Positions 61,753 to 64,000 of a stretch of 64,000 nucleotides of DNA are shown here, one piece after another. The DNA lies in the NCBI RefSeq assembly GCF_000143415.4, contig NW_003314378.1, forward strand, positions 7,847 through 71,846. The letters run 5' to 3'. The notes beneath the pieces are model-generated. The model saw only the letters and a program-made list of their open reading frames with translations, made no database searches and was not told where the DNA came from. This DNA is from Selaginella moellendorffii. Taxonomy: Eukaryota; Plantae; Lycopodiophyta. Made by a program: the position numbers and the translations under genes. Position 1 is the stretch's first letter. Each line of letters opens with the position of its first letter.

Positions 61753-63954
61753 TTAATGAATCTCACCTTGAACCCGGGTTATGAATGCTCTTGCTGCATC
61801 TCTTGCATGGTCTGGCAAGGTGATGGTGGCACTCTGCTTCCGCATCCAACCATGCACAACATTATCCACCGATATGCTCATGCTGGGATCCCTTGGATTC
61901 AGCACCCATCTCTTTTCTAGGCAATCCTTCGTATATCCGGAACTTGGCTTGAACCACTCCACAGTTACATTGAAGGAGTTAGTTTCCGCGTCCTCCTCTG
62001 CATCAGTGATGTAGCGCCCCACCCATATCATTTGTTTTTTATTACTGGGTCTGACAAGCACGACCATTCCTTTGCAGACCTGTACTGGATTGAATGCTGA
62101 ATCCGGCTTCTTGTTCCTCGGCCCACAATAGTGATCCTCAACATCGTTATCTGTCACTGCATTTCCAGAGGACATTGTTCCGCTACTATTTGGTGCTCTG
62201 GGTTCTGGCCAAAAGGACTCTTCCAATTCTTCATATACAACCGGCCCATTTTGGATAGCAGATATAATCTTCTCCCAGTATTCGATCAAAGGCTTGCACC
62301 TCTGAAAATAGGATTCTCCACCAAACACCAACCCCCTCTTCCAGAAGGCAATATGCTGTCTAATCCCAGCCACTATACTTTCCTGGTCTTTGAGTCCATC
62401 CGGGTGCATCGGCCGTGGGGAACCCTGAGGAATCATAGGTTCCCCAGTTATGGGATCTCTCTTGAAGAGTTCAATGCCGTCCACTGGCAGCCACACTGTG
62501 TCCCATTCTCTCATCTTGTACCTCATCACTGGAGCACTGTCACGCATGCTGAAATGAAACTGAAGAGGCTTGGAGTGGCCAATCAGCATTTCGGATCTGT
62601 CCCTGATGTAGCCTCTTACAAACCCCTTAAGGTCTGGAACCTCTGTCACAAGTGCAGCTTCAACAGTGCCTTTGATGCAATTTTGGAATTCATCGTAGAG
62701 TTGTGGGAGGGTGAGGACATTGGATCACCGGAGGGACTCTGCTAGGTGACTGAACATGGCATCGACGTCTTCATGAGTGTGCCCAACCATGAGAAAGCCA
62801 AGTGTAACCGTTTCAAATATGCCTTTGGCAACAAGCATCGCCAAGTACACGAAGACGTACATGTTTTTGTTCTCACTGCCAGCATTGTCTGTTTGGAGCA
62901 GAAGATGGGGTGGAAGGCCACATCGGCCGCAAGAACTTCCTTGAGATTTTGCTTCATTTGGATGAGGCTGTGCATTCACCGGGCGACCAGCCTCGTCGGA
63001 ATGGCATGAGGCCTCACGTGATAACCCTACAATCTGACAGCCAACATATTCACTGGGATGGCATGGGGCCCCACGCGATACTGCAAGCCTTTGCTCCTCC
63101 TCCAGCTGAACCCTGTATGGGGTTCGATCGACAAGGGCCACATCCCTGAACCTGTTGCTCCACAATCTACTAAATCTAGATTGGCTCAGCTTCCTGTAGC
63201 CATTACTCTGGAGTTCCCGATTCACATCTTCCAATATGGCCCCCTTGGTATACATGGAAGGGAGAACTCGTTGGGTGTCTCGAGTTCCATCTTCCAAGAG
63301 GCGGGTTTTATGTGGTTGCTGCTCGCTACATGTCTCGACAAACCTCTTGAAGATTGCCTCTCCATATATAGCATGACCCCTGGTTTTGTGAGTACCGTCG
63401 TTCCCATGGACTACCTGTTGAACCCTTTGTTCCTCGAATTCAGTTTTGATTCTGTAGAATGTGGTTCGAGGGACTCCATAAATGATTCTCCATGCCTTCA
63501 TGCAGACCAAACCCCTCTGGAAGACCATGCCCCCCACCTGATGTTCTGAAGCATTAACAGATGACCGTAATGCCTCATACACAAAATTGCGAGCTGCCTT
63601 CCAGGACAATGTCTTGTATCTTGCTCTCTCCTCTTCAATAGCATCCCAATCAGCATGTTGACAGCACCTCCTCTTGCAACAAGCAACTGTCGAGACCATT
63701 CGAACCTCCATCGCCATTTTCTGCCTTTTCGATTGGTTGCTCAGATCCCTTTGGCTGCGCTTTAGGAAGGTGTACTTTCTTTTCCCATGAAGAGATGTTC
63801 TGTCATCAGTTGTAGTGGTGTTTGATTGTGAATCCTTCACATTCTCAAACACTAAGTGCCTCAATTTCCACCGCACAATGCTTCCAATAGTCAGACTGTT
63901 TTCTTCTGTATTAACAACCTCTAAAATCGCAACTCCAATATCATCCCAGCCCAA
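61753..63954 (-). pseudogene. Sola-like DDE transposase (frameshifted; probably extends past the window edge)
   Basis: CCKRRCC, VCMKAWRIIYGV, HGNDG, LLLQTDNAGSENKN, FLMVGHTHEDVDAMFS. Second frame continues EVPDLK...GHSKPLQFHF and ends in an SH3/Tudor-like GMVVLVRP...IWVG...VEWF. Confidence 0.72.
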
Positions 63955-64000
63955 TTCTTGATTAGCAACCGCATCTCTTGGATCGACAACTGTGGCTAAA

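Overview
This is eukaryotic nuclear DNA from a land plant. The very short introns, tRNA-Met/Trp primer sites and COG2/ITPK fragments suggest a lycophyte or bryophyte such as Selaginella (inference). The window is heterochromatin-like and dominated by nested, mostly decayed transposons: several Ty3/gypsy families, two TRIM families, solo LTRs, two LINEs, and MULE-, Harbinger- and Sola-like DNA transposases. Positions 1-10.1 kb are duplicated at 49.4-60.1 kb, with a 100-N assembly gap between the copies. The only apparently intact non-retroelement gene is a 7-exon, ~864-aa protein (21964-25291). It has an N-terminal header, a STAND/AAA+-like P-loop NTPase, a PD-(D/E)XK nuclease-like domain and an acidic tail, i.e. 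a Crinkler/RHS-type (CR) architecture. A perfect 20-bp inverted repeat brackets it tightly, making it the best candidate for a novel NTPase+nuclease mobile element or plant CR effector system. Other notable structures are: a TRIM and a gypsy joined head-to-head inside one target-site duplication; a TRIM whose termini mimic that gypsy family; a LINE fragment whose TSD duplicated the gag start codon and created an in-frame chimeric ORF; a templated-insertion patchwork containing a COG2-derived hairpin; and two internal inversions. All calls were made by eye, without database searches.
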